DNA from: an uncultured Spirochaetota bacterium
GTDB taxonomy: Bacteria > Spirochaetota > Spirochaetia > SZUA-6 > Fen-1364
Direction: 5' to 3'
Assembly (NCBI GenBank): GCA_963734545.1
Contig: CAVTHO010000006.1
Location: forward strand, 384,001 to 448,000
Length of the DNA stretch: 64,000 nt
Each line of letters starts with the position of its first letter. Positions within the stretch are counted from its first letter, which is position 1. Shown piece by piece: positions 38,643-47,705 of this stretch. The notes under the pieces are model-generated. The model was not told the DNA's origin, searched no databases, and saw only the letters and a list, made by a program, of their open reading frames with translations. Made by a program: the position numbers and the translations under genes.

Positions 38643-41470
38643 GGGTCTCCTTTGTCCTGAACGGCGTGCCGCGCGAGGTGACTGCGGAGCCCGGCGAGAC
38701 TCTGCAGGAGCTTCTCCAGCGTCTCGGTATCCACTCTGTGCGAAGGGCGGACGACCGCGAAGGTTTTGCCGGCAGCGATACGGTCCTGCTCGATGGCAGG
38801 GCGGTCCTGGCCGGTCTCATGCATCCCTGCCAGGCCGAGGGCCGCTCGATCGAAACCATCGAGAGCCTCATGCAGAACGGCCGTCTCTCCGCGCTGCAGG
38901 GGGCGATGCTGGACGCCGGCGTGGTGCAATCCGCGTTCAACAGCCCGGCGGCAGCGCTCCTCATCGAGGAGCTGCTCAGAAGGACGCCCGCGCCCACCGC
39001 GGACGACGTGCGGGACGCTCTCTCGGGTCTGTTCAGCCGCGCGACCGGCTACCAGCAGTTCTTTCTCGCCGTGGAGCTCGCCCGCGGGCGGAGGAACGAT
39101 CCTTCCTTCACCCTGCCCGTTGCCGAGCAATTCCGGGACGACCTTCGGGTCATCGGCAAGTCGCACAGGCGCGTGGACGGCGTGAAGCTCGTTGCGGGGA
39201 TGAAGGCCTACGTGGAAGACAGGGTCGAGCCGGGGAGCTGCGTGCTGGCCATGCTGCGCAGTCCCCACGCGCACGCGCGCATCGCGCACATCGACATCTC
39301 CGCGGCCGCGGCGATGCCGGGGGTGGTTGCCATCATTACCCATGAGAACTGCCCTGATTTTCTCTACACCCAGGCCGGCCAGGGATTCCCCGAGCCCTCA
39401 CCGTACGACTTCAGGATGTTCGGCAAGGTGGTGCGGCACGTGGGGGACAGGGTCGCCGCGGTCGTGGCAGAGGACGCGCGGACCGCCGCGGAGGCGGTGA
39501 AGCGCATCGTGGTGCGCTACGACGTGCTGCCCGCCGTGCTTTCACTGGACGAGGCGGCAGCGGCGAACGCTCCGGCCGTGCACGGCGACCAGCTCGAGCG
39601 GATCGTCTACCAGTTCCCCATCGGGGCTGACGCGCGGAGAAACCTGGCAGCGAGCGCGTCAGGCTCCATCGGAGACGTTGATCGTGGATTCGCGGAGGCG
39701 GATGCAGTGGTGGAGCGTACGTACACCACGAGCAGGGTGCAGTGCACTCCGCTCGAGCCGCACGTCGTGTACACGAAGATGGACGGAGATCGGCTGGTCA
39801 TCCACGCCTCGACGCAGGTCCCCTGGCACGTGCGCAGGATCGTTGCCCGGGTGCTGGGCATGAAAGAGAACCGGATCCGCGTGATCAAGGAGCGGATGGG
39901 GGGAGGGTACGGAACCAAGCAGGACGTTCTCCTGGAGGACGTCTGCGCATGGGCAACCCTTCAGACCGGTCGGGCCGTGTTCTACAAGTTCTCGCGTGAA
40001 GAGGAGTTCATCGCCTCGACCAACCGCCATCCCATGCGGTTCACCGTGAAGATGGGAGCAAAGAAGGACGGGAGGCTGACGGCCATCCGCATGACCGGGG
40101 ACGCCGATACGGGCGCCTTCGGAAATCACGCGCTCACCGTGCCCATGAACGCCTGCTCCAAGTCGCTGCCCCTGTTTCGATGCGACAATGTCTCATTCGA
40201 GGTCAGGGCCTGGTACACCAACCACGTGCAGTCGGGCGCGTATCAGGGCTACGGGGCGCCGCAGGGATCCTTTGCCGTGCAGATGGCCGCAGCCGAGCTG
40301 GCAGCAGAGCTCGGGATGGATCAGCTCGAGTTCCTGGAAAAGAACATGGTGAGGGAAGGGGACGCGCCGGAGATCCTGAAGAGCCTCGGGGAAGGCCGTC
40401 CCGGCGCCGCCACAAAAGTGCGAAGCTGCGGGCTGGAAAAGGCGATTGCCGAAGGCCGCGCGAGCATCGAGTGGGGGCGGCCTGCAGAGCATCCCGATCC
40501 GGAATCCGCGGAGTACCGCGGCAGTGACGTGAAGCTCGGCAAGGGGGCCGTGATCATCCAGCAGGGCTCCGGCCTTCCCGGGCTGGACCAGTCCGTTGTC
40601 AATGTGAAGCTTCTGTCCGACGGTACATTCATGGTGCACTCCGGCGGCGCGGACCTGGGCACGGGACTGGATACCGCGCTCGCCAAGATCGTTGCGGAAA
40701 CGCTCTGCTGCGACATGGGCAGCGTGGCGGTCATTACCGGGGACACGGATATCACGCCGTTCGACAAGGGTGCCTATGCATCCAGCGGCACGTACTTCAC
40801 AGGCAATGCGGCGCTCAAAGCGGCCGAGGCGCTTTCCGCGAAGCTGCTGGACGCTGCTGCCGGAATATTGAAGGAACCGCGGGAAGACCTGGCGCTCGCG
40901 CATCCAGGCAAGGTTGCGGGCAGGCGCGGCAGCGTGGACTACGCGGCCATCGCGCGTGAGCGCCAGACAGGGGAGGGCGGGGGCGAGCTCATGGGAAGCG
41001 CCACGTTCACCACGGATGACGCGGCGTTCCCCTACGCGGCGCATTTCTGCAGGGTGGGGGTCAACACCCGGACCGGCGCGATCGAGGTGCGGAGCTACCA
41101 TGCCGTGCACGACTGCGGGACGCCGATCAACCCCGAGCTCGCCGTCGGCCAGGTCTACGGCGGCATTCTCAAATCCATCGGCCACGCGCTCTACGAGGAG
41201 ATGATCTTCGACGCCGAAGGGCGCTGCCTCACTACGGGGCTTGCCGCCTACGGCGCCCCCATGATACAGGAGCTTCCGCGCGACCTGAGGGTCCGGCTCG
41301 TCCAGACCGACGATCCCTTCGGCCCCTTCGGAGGGAAAAGCGTCGCGGAGATCAGCGTCAACGGCGCGGCACCCGTTCTGGCAATCGCCATCCACGATGC
41401 CGTGGGCGTCTGGGTGCGCGACTGGCCCCTGACGCCGGAAAAGATATTGAAGCAGCTCGGGAGGTTCTGA
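38639..41470 (+). CDS. xdhD: XdhD-type Mo-hydroxylase (Cys-depleted Fe-S-like domain fused to Mo-binding subunit)
   Basis: SVRRADDREGFAGSD and GLFSRATGYQQF (XdhD-type, cysteines lost). Also YTQAGQGFPEPSPYD, STQVPWH, GGGYGTKQ, GAYQGYGAPQG, AYASSGT, GGKSVAEI. ATG 38639 overlaps the ygfM stop. Confidence 0.9.
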   Translation: MRVSFVLNGVPREVTAEPGETLQELLQRLGIHSVRRADDREGFAGSDTVLLDGRAVLAGLMHPCQAEGRSIETIESLMQNGRLSALQGAMLDAGVVQSAFNSPAAALLIEELLRRTPAPTADDVRDALSGLFSRATGYQQFFLAVELARGRRNDPSFTLPVAEQFRDDLRVIGKSHRRVDGVKLVAGMKAYVEDRVEPGSCVLAMLRSPHAHARIAHIDISAAAAMPGVVAIITHENCPDFLYTQAGQGFPEPSPYDFRMFGKVVRHVGDRVAAVVAEDARTAAEAVKRIVVRYDVLPAVLSLDEAAAANAPAVHGDQLERIVYQFPIGADARRNLAASASGSIGDVDRGFAEADAVVERTYTTSRVQCTPLEPHVVYTKMDGDRLVIHASTQVPWHVRRIVARVLGMKENRIRVIKERMGGGYGTKQDVLLEDVCAWATLQTGRAVFYKFSREEEFIASTNRHPMRFTVKMGAKKDGRLTAIRMTGDADTGAFGNHALTVPMNACSKSLPLFRCDNVSFEVRAWYTNHVQSGAYQGYGAPQGSFAVQMAAAELAAELGMDQLEFLEKNMVREGDAPEILKSLGEGRPGAATKVRSCGLEKAIAEGRASIEWGRPAEHPDPESAEYRGSDVKLGKGAVIIQQGSGLPGLDQSVVNVKLLSDGTFMVHSGGADLGTGLDTALAKIVAETLCCDMGSVAVITGDTDITPFDKGAYASSGTYFTGNAALKAAEALSAKLLDAAAGILKEPREDLALAHPGKVAGRRGSVDYAAIARERQTGEGGGELMGSATFTTDDAAFPYAAHFCRVGVNTRTGAIEVRSYHAVHDCGTPINPELAVGQVYGGILKSIGHALYEEMIFDAEGRCLTTGLAAYGAPMIQELPRDLRVRLVQTDDPFGPFGGKSVAEISVNGAAPVLAIAIHDAVGVWVRDWPLTPEKILKQLGRF

Positions 41471-42669
41471 TGCCGGTGATCACAGCGCACGACATCCAGC
41501 GGATGATCGACGGTCTGGCCCCCAAGGCGCTCGCCGCCCTGCGGGACAGGGACTTCCTGCTCACGTGGGACAAGGGCAGGGACGAGCTGGAGGCTGTTCT
41601 CCGGTGCGCCGAAATACTGAAAGCGCTGCGCACCGCGGGCATATCAGCCCGGGTCTGGGACTCGGGGCTGGCCGTGTCCCAGTTCCGGGACAATTCCACC
41701 CGCACCCGGTTCAGCTTCGCCTCCGCGTGCAACCTGCTGGGTCTTACCGTCTCCGACCTGGACGAGGGCAAGTCCCAGGTGGCGCACGGAGAAACGGTCC
41801 GTGAGACCTCGAACATGATCTCCTTCATGGCGGACGTCATCGGGATCAGGGACGACATGTACATCGGCAAGGGCCACACGTACATGAAGGCGGTTGCGGA
41901 GGCGGTTGACCAGGGCTTCCGGGACGGAGTCCTGGAACAGCGTCCCACCGTTGTCAACCTGCAGTGCGACATCGACCACCCCACGCAGAGCATGTCCGAC
42001 CTGCTTCACCTCGTCACTGAGCTCGGCGGCGTGGAGAAGCTCAAGGGGAAAAAGGTTGCCATGACCTGGGCCTACTCGCCCTCCTACGGAAAACCCCTCT
42101 CGGTCCCGCAGGGAGTGATCGGGCTGTTCACCCGGTTCGGCATGGATGTGAGCCTCGCGTATCCCGAGGGATACACTCTCATGCCCGAGGTCGTGGAAAA
42201 GGCGCACGCCTTTGCCCGGGAGTCGGGGGGAGGATTCCGCATCTGTGGTTCCATGGCCGAGGCATTCGAAGGAGCGCACGTGGTCTACCCCAAGAGCTGG
42301 GCGCCCTTTTCGGTGATGGAAGAGCGCACGGCCATCGTGGGGACAGGGGACAAGCGGAAGCTGGAAGAGCTGGAAAAGCGATGCCTGCAGAACAACGCGC
42401 AGTTCCAGGACTGGGAGTGCACGGAGAAGCTGATGGAGCGGACCAGTGACGCCCTCTACCTGCACTGCCTGCCCGCGGACATCACCGGCGTGAGCTGTGA
42501 CCACGGGGAAGTGGCGGCCGGCGTTTTCGATCGATTCAGGACCCCGCTCTATCGGCAGGCCGGCTGGAAACCGTACATCATTGCCGCCATGATATTTGTT
42601 TCCCGGATGGCTGATCCCCGCAAGACGCTCTCCGCGCTTCTCGACCGGGCGCAGAGCCGGATCATCTAG
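41470..42669 (+). CDS. ygeW: YgeW knotted carbamoyltransferase
   Basis: FRDNSTRTRFS, HGETVRET, IRDDMY, NLQCDIDHPTQ, WAYSPSYGKPLSVPQG, YPKSWAP, HCLPADI. Confidence 0.95.
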   Translation: MPVITAHDIQRMIDGLAPKALAALRDRDFLLTWDKGRDELEAVLRCAEILKALRTAGISARVWDSGLAVSQFRDNSTRTRFSFASACNLLGLTVSDLDEGKSQVAHGETVRETSNMISFMADVIGIRDDMYIGKGHTYMKAVAEAVDQGFRDGVLEQRPTVVNLQCDIDHPTQSMSDLLHLVTELGGVEKLKGKKVAMTWAYSPSYGKPLSVPQGVIGLFTRFGMDVSLAYPEGYTLMPEVVEKAHAFARESGGGFRICGSMAEAFEGAHVVYPKSWAPFSVMEERTAIVGTGDKRKLEELEKRCLQNNAQFQDWECTEKLMERTSDALYLHCLPADITGVSCDHGEVAAGVFDRFRTPLYRQAGWKPYIIAAMIFVSRMADPRKTLSALLDRAQSRII

Positions 42670-42680
42670 GATCCGGAGAT

Positions 42681-44555
42681 ATGCACCAGAAGGTGCTTTT
42701 TCTGGACGCGCAGACCGGTTTCTACAAGGTCCGCCGCTACGAGGTGGGACGCTTCTTCGGTCCGGTGGACCTGGGTCTCCACCTCTCCTCGAAGAGCCAG
42801 TCCATCAATATCGGTGTCGGCCTCCTGGCCGGTTCGATTTTCCCCGGCTCCAACAGGTTGTTCGTCACCGGGTTTTCCCCCTGCTGGCGCGGCTTCTACA
42901 TCTCTTCCATGGGCGGGGCAGGGCTGGTCTTCGACAACCTCGGCCTGAACATGGTGAGCATTCTCGGCAAGGCGCCCGTGCCCTCGATTCTCTATCTCAA
43001 CAGGTCACACGGGGAGGAGGTGGAGGTCGAGGTGGTCCCCGTGGACCTGGCGCGCATCTGGGAGCAGGGCAGGGGCGGCGCGTACGCGCTCATGGACCAT
43101 GTCTACCAGCTCTTTGCCGGCCGCTACGCCACGGACCCGCGCGTGCTCGCCGTCGGCCCCGCCGCCCTGGCCACCGACATGGGGGGCATCCTGTCCGTGC
43201 CGATCTCCCAGGGCAGGCTCAGCGACGTGGATACGTGGGCCGGGCGCGGCGGCATGGGGAGCAAGATGCTGAAGGAGCACGGCATCGCGGCGGTCATCTA
43301 CGGCGGCACCTATGTGGACGAGGATTTCCGGGACCGGAAGGTGGCGGACGAGTGGTTCGAAACCAAGTACAAGCAGAGGCTCCTCGCCAAGGACATGGAG
43401 GCGACAACCAAGTACCGGTTCGATCCCAAGTTCAACACCGGCGGCACCTTCGGCGTGAACTACGCGGGGATCGGCGGCCGGATCATGGCCTTCAACTATC
43501 GCACGATCTTCGACACCGAGCAGGGCAGGCAGGATCTGCGCGAGCGCCTGGTCGCCAACCACTACCTGAAGCAGTTCAACGAGGAAACCATCGTGCCGCG
43601 CCGGCAGCACACCTGCGGCGAGCCGTGCGCGGCGGTGTGCAAGAAGATGAAGGCCGAGTTCAAGAAGGACTACGAGCCCTACCAGGCGCTGGGACCGTTG
43701 TGCGGCATCTTCGACCAGCGCGCGGCCGAGCGGCTGTGTCACCACGCCGACATGCTCGGGTTCGACGCCATCTCGGTCGGCGGGGTGCTGGCCTGGATGA
43801 TGGACGTTCTCTCTGAGGGGCTCCTCACGAGGGAGGAGCTGGGAGTCACTGCCATGCCCCATTGGACGGTCGAAGGGTTCGACCCGGTGGCAGATTCGGC
43901 CCACAACGCGGAGCTCGGCGTCGAGCTTCTCGACTCCATCGTGCAGAAGCGGGGCCGGTGGACCTTTCCGACGGGCGCGCGGAAGTGGGGTCGGGGACTT
44001 TCCCGGGAGAAAGGGGTCCGGCTCCTGGACCGGTTCGTGTACGTGGCGTTCGGCCGGCAGGGATGGATGGTGCCCAACCAGTACTGGACGCCGGGATCGA
44101 TCGCGCCCATGGCGATCATGGGCAAGTACTACATGTACTACGGGAACGCCTTTGCGCCTCCGCGCACCCTGGGCAGGCTCTGCGCCGAGCGCTTCCAGAA
44201 GGAGCTCGTGATGGACACGGCGGGATTCTGCCGGTTTCACCGCGGGTGGGCGGAGGAGACGGTGCCGGATATCTTCGGCAGCCTCTACGGCATGAAGGAC
44301 CAGCTCCTTGCCGCCACCGCCGTCACCGCCAGCCGCATCAATTCGCGCAACGCCTCGGTGTACTGGGAGTCCGAGCGCGACATCGACTTCGTGCTGACGT
44401 TCCTGAAGCGCGCCCGTGACGTGGAGGGGGAAAAAGACCCGCAGCTCCCGGACTGGATCGCGCGGTTCGAGAAGGACAAGAAGGAAGCCGCGCTGGACTG
44501 GTGGTTCGAGATGCGCAAGGGAATAGACGAAAGCCTTCGGGAGTTCTCCACATGA
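42681..44555 (+). CDS. Tungsten/molybdopterin aldehyde:ferredoxin oxidoreductase family, GAPOR-like
   Basis: AGSIFPGSNRL, SSMGGAG, VGPAA, WAGRGG, KYRFDPKFNTGGTFG.NY, TCGEPCAAVCKK, YEPY, GFDAI, FCRFHRGW. The motif order matches archaeal GAPOR as I recall it. Confidence 0.82.
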   Translation: MHQKVLFLDAQTGFYKVRRYEVGRFFGPVDLGLHLSSKSQSINIGVGLLAGSIFPGSNRLFVTGFSPCWRGFYISSMGGAGLVFDNLGLNMVSILGKAPVPSILYLNRSHGEEVEVEVVPVDLARIWEQGRGGAYALMDHVYQLFAGRYATDPRVLAVGPAALATDMGGILSVPISQGRLSDVDTWAGRGGMGSKMLKEHGIAAVIYGGTYVDEDFRDRKVADEWFETKYKQRLLAKDMEATTKYRFDPKFNTGGTFGVNYAGIGGRIMAFNYRTIFDTEQGRQDLRERLVANHYLKQFNEETIVPRRQHTCGEPCAAVCKKMKAEFKKDYEPYQALGPLCGIFDQRAAERLCHHADMLGFDAISVGGVLAWMMDVLSEGLLTREELGVTAMPHWTVEGFDPVADSAHNAELGVELLDSIVQKRGRWTFPTGARKWGRGLSREKGVRLLDRFVYVAFGRQGWMVPNQYWTPGSIAPMAIMGKYYMYYGNAFAPPRTLGRLCAERFQKELVMDTAGFCRFHRGWAEETVPDIFGSLYGMKDQLLAATAVTASRINSRNASVYWESERDIDFVLTFLKRARDVEGEKDPQLPDWIARFEKDKKEAALDWWFEMRKGIDESLREFST

Positions 44556-45848
44556 AAAGGAACGCGCTCGTGGCGCAGTCCGGCGGGCCGTCGCCGGTCA
44601 TCAACTCGTCCCTCCAGGGAGTGATCGAAGGCTGTCGTGCGTTCCCGGACCGGATCGGCACGCTCTATGCCGCGTGGCACGGCATCGAGGGTGTGCTCCT
44701 GGAGGAGCTCGTCGACCTGACACGCCAGCCGCGGGAGGAGAGTCTCCCTCCTGGCCACGACACCGGCCGCCGGGGCCGATCGGGACCTGCCGGTACAAGC
44801 TGACCGAGGAACAGCACGAGGACTTCGAGCGGATCGTCGAAGTGATCCGCGCCCACGACATCGGGTACTTCTTCTACATCGGCGGCAACGACTCCATGGA
44901 CACCGCGGCAAAGGTTTCGAAGCTCGCGCGCGAGCGCGGCGTGGAGCTGGTCGTGACGGGCGTGCCGAAGACCATCGACAACGACATCGGAGACGAGTCC
45001 TTCCGCATCATCGACCACACCCCGGGATACGGCAGCGCGGCCCGGTACTGGGCCTCGCTCATCCAGAACGTCAACGAGGAGAACCGCGGCATGTGCGTGT
45101 CCGAGCCCGTGGCGGTGCTCCAGGCCATGGGCAGAAAGTCGGGTTTCATCACGGCCGCCTCCCGGCTCGGGGACCCGCACCGTGAGATGCCGCTCCAGCT
45201 CTACATGGCCGAGACCCACCACACGCTGGAGAGCCTGCACGAGAACGTGAACCGCGAGCTGCGGCGCAGCGGCAGGTGCATCGTGGTCGTGAACGAGGGC
45301 TTCGACGTGGGCGGGGTCGGGGAAAGACACGACGGCTTCGGCCACATCGAGTACGGCGCCAGCCGCACCACCGCGGCGCAGGAGGTGGTCAACTACCTCA
45401 ACGAAAAAGGGCTGGCGGTGCGGGGCCAGGCCACCGGCCAGCTGCCCGGGAGTCATCCAGAGGTCGGTCTCGATGGAGGCCTCGACGGTGGACATCGCCG
45501 AGGCGCGTGAGGTGGCCGGCGAGGCCGTGCGCATCGCGGTCCGCGACGGCACCGGCTGGATGGCCACGATCCTCCGGAAGCCCGGGCGCCGACTATCGCG
45601 CTGCCTACGACAAGGTGCCGCTGGAGAAAGTGGCCAACTCCTCCCGGTTCATGCCCCGGGCCTGGATCACGAAGGACGGCCTGGACGTCACGGACGATTT
45701 CATCCGGTATGCCGCCCCGCTCATCGGCAACGGCTGCCCGCCGATTCCCATGGAAGCCGGCCTGCAGAGATTCGCGCGCTTCGACATCAGATTCATCGAC
45801 AGGAAGTGCCCGTCCTACACGCCGGTGAGGTTCAGGAAAAAAGGCTAG
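44552..45848 (+). CDS. pfp: Pyrophosphate-dependent phosphofructokinase; about four +1 frameshifts (~44741, ~44778, ~45449, ~45585)
   Basis: QSGGPSPVIN, GTCRYKL, IGGNDSMDT (Asp = PPi type), PKTIDND, TPGYGS, AMGR, DGFGH. ATG overlaps the GAPOR stop. Confidence 0.85.
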
Positions 45849-47701
45849 TACGTCAGGCCGAAACCATAAGGGAAGAGGGGGTCGGCGCGGGCTGCGGCAG
45901 TTCCGGTGCGCGGCCAGGTGAGGGGAAGCTTTCCGACAGGCTCGAAGTCTCCGAAAAGGACATCGGCAACGCCCGCGCCCTCCGTGCCCGGAAGCCAGGC
46001 TGCGAGAAGGGCCTTCCATCCTGGCAGCCGGTCCGTGACAACCAGCGGCCGTCCGGAGATGAGGACGGCGACAGTGGGAATGCCTGCGGCGGCCACACGG
46101 TCCAGCACCCTGAGGTCCTCATCGTCCAGGCCGGGATTCTCCGACCGATCCCCGCGGCCCTCGGCGTAAGGCTTCTCCCCGATCACGGCGATGGCCACGT
46201 CGAAGAAGGGCCGCGGCTGTGGCGCGGATTCGCGCGCGCGAATCGGAGTCCGCGGCGACACATCTGCGGCCCTTGCCTGCCTGTCGAACACTACCACCGT
46301 GTCCGGTGAGACCGCGTTCCTTATTGCAGCCAGGATCGTCGTGCCGGCAGTGATCTTCCCGCTCACCCCCTGCCAGGTGATGGACCAGCCGCCGAGCTGC
46401 GAGCCGAGGTTGTCCGCGTTCTTTCCCACCACGAGAACTCTTTTCAGGGTCTTCGGCAGCGGGAGGATGCCTCCCTCGTTCTTCAGCAGGACGACCGATT
46501 CGCGGACAGCCCGACGGGCAAGCCCGCGGTTCTGCGGTGATCCTGCCTGCGCAAGGTACCGGCGCGCGGCAAAGGGATGCTCGAACAGGCCCATGCGGAG
46601 CTTTGTGCGCAGGATGCGGCGTACCGCATCGTCGATGCGCTCCATGGGGACGGACCCTGCCCGCGCCTCGCTGAGAAGCGTTGCGGCGAACGCGCGGTAG
46701 TCGTCGGCGGCCATGAACACGTCGATGCCCGCGTTGACACCCGCGCGTACCTGCTCCGCGTACGCGCCGTTCAACTGGTTGATCCCCTTCCAGTCCGAGA
46801 CCACGATGCCGTCGAATCCCATCTTCTCCTTCAACAGGGTGGTGACGAGCCTCCGGTTCCCGTGCATCTTCTGTCCGTTCCAGGACGAGAAGGAGATCAT
46901 GACGGACCCGACGCCCTGATCCAGCGCCGCCTTGAACGGGGGGAGATGGACGGCCAGGAGCGTCTCTTCACTGCCCGCCGTGTCTCCCTGGTCCCGTCCG
47001 CCCTCTGTGCCGCCGTCCCCCAGGAAATGCTTGGCAGTGGCGAGCAGTGATGTCGGCAGGCCGGACGCGTCGCCCTGGTATCCCGCGATGAGGGAGGCCA
47101 TGCTGCTGACAAGCTCCGTGTTCTCCCCGAATGACTCGTAGGTCCTTCCCCACCTCTCGTCCTGGACCACGGCCAGGCAGGGAGAGAAAGTCCAGCGGAT
47201 CCCGGTTCCCGCCATTTCGAGCGCCGTGGCCCTGCCGATTTCCCGAACCAGGGCCGGGTCACGCGTGGCGCCGAGGCCGATATTGTGCGGGAAGATCGTT
47301 GTGCCGGTGGAGTGGCTGAAGCCGTGTACGGAGTCCACGCCATAGAGCAGGGGAATTGCCAGGCGCGTGGTGAGAGCGATCCGCTGATATCTGTCGAACG
47401 CGTCCGCCCACCCCTCGGGGGTGTTCGGTGAGGGCAGATCGTCCCCCCCGCTGAGGAGAGAACCGAGGGCGAGCGTTGCGACGTCCGCGGAATCCACGAG
47501 ACTGCCCGCATTGGCCTGCGTCATCTGGCCGATTTTCTCCTCCAGGGTCATCCGCGCCAGGAGGTCCTCGACCCGGGCTTCCACCTGCAGCCGGGAGTCG
47601 AGGGAGAGACTTTTCGCGGTGACACAGGAACCGAGAAACGCGGCGGCGCTGATCGCGGCGAGCGCGAACACGGCGCGGGCCGCGGCGGACCTGAGGCGCA
47701 T
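45845..47701 (-). CDS. GH3 beta-glucosidase/exo-glucanase, predicted lipoprotein
   Basis: Lipobox-like FLGSC, MTLEEKIGQ, DSVHG, RWGRTYE, KHFLGDG, VSDW (nucleophile), EKPYAEG, PLFPYGFGL. Confidence 0.92.
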   Translation of the reverse strand: MRLRSAAARAVFALAAISAAAFLGSCVTAKSLSLDSRLQVEARVEDLLARMTLEEKIGQMTQANAGSLVDSADVATLALGSLLSGGDDLPSPNTPEGWADAFDRYQRIALTTRLAIPLLYGVDSVHGFSHSTGTTIFPHNIGLGATRDPALVREIGRATALEMAGTGIRWTFSPCLAVVQDERWGRTYESFGENTELVSSMASLIAGYQGDASGLPTSLLATAKHFLGDGGTEGGRDQGDTAGSEETLLAVHLPPFKAALDQGVGSVMISFSSWNGQKMHGNRRLVTTLLKEKMGFDGIVVSDWKGINQLNGAYAEQVRAGVNAGIDVFMAADDYRAFAATLLSEARAGSVPMERIDDAVRRILRTKLRMGLFEHPFAARRYLAQAGSPQNRGLARRAVRESVVLLKNEGGILPLPKTLKRVLVVGKNADNLGSQLGGWSITWQGVSGKITAGTTILAAIRNAVSPDTVVVFDRQARAADVSPRTPIRARESAPQPRPFFDVAIAVIGEKPYAEGRGDRSENPGLDDEDLRVLDRVAAAGIPTVAVLISGRPLVVTDRLPGWKALLAAWLPGTEGAGVADVLFGDFEPVGKLPLTWPRTGTAAARADPLFPYGFGLTY

Positions 47702-47705
47702 GCCG

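Noticed and set aside
11960-45590. Programmed ribosomal frameshifting, selenocysteine read-through or an alternative genetic code as the cause of the broken genes
   Set aside because: The breaks are frame changes, not in-frame stops at Cys positions. I saw no consistent slippery heptamer or SECIS-like context, and TGA, TAG and TAA all act as normal stops.
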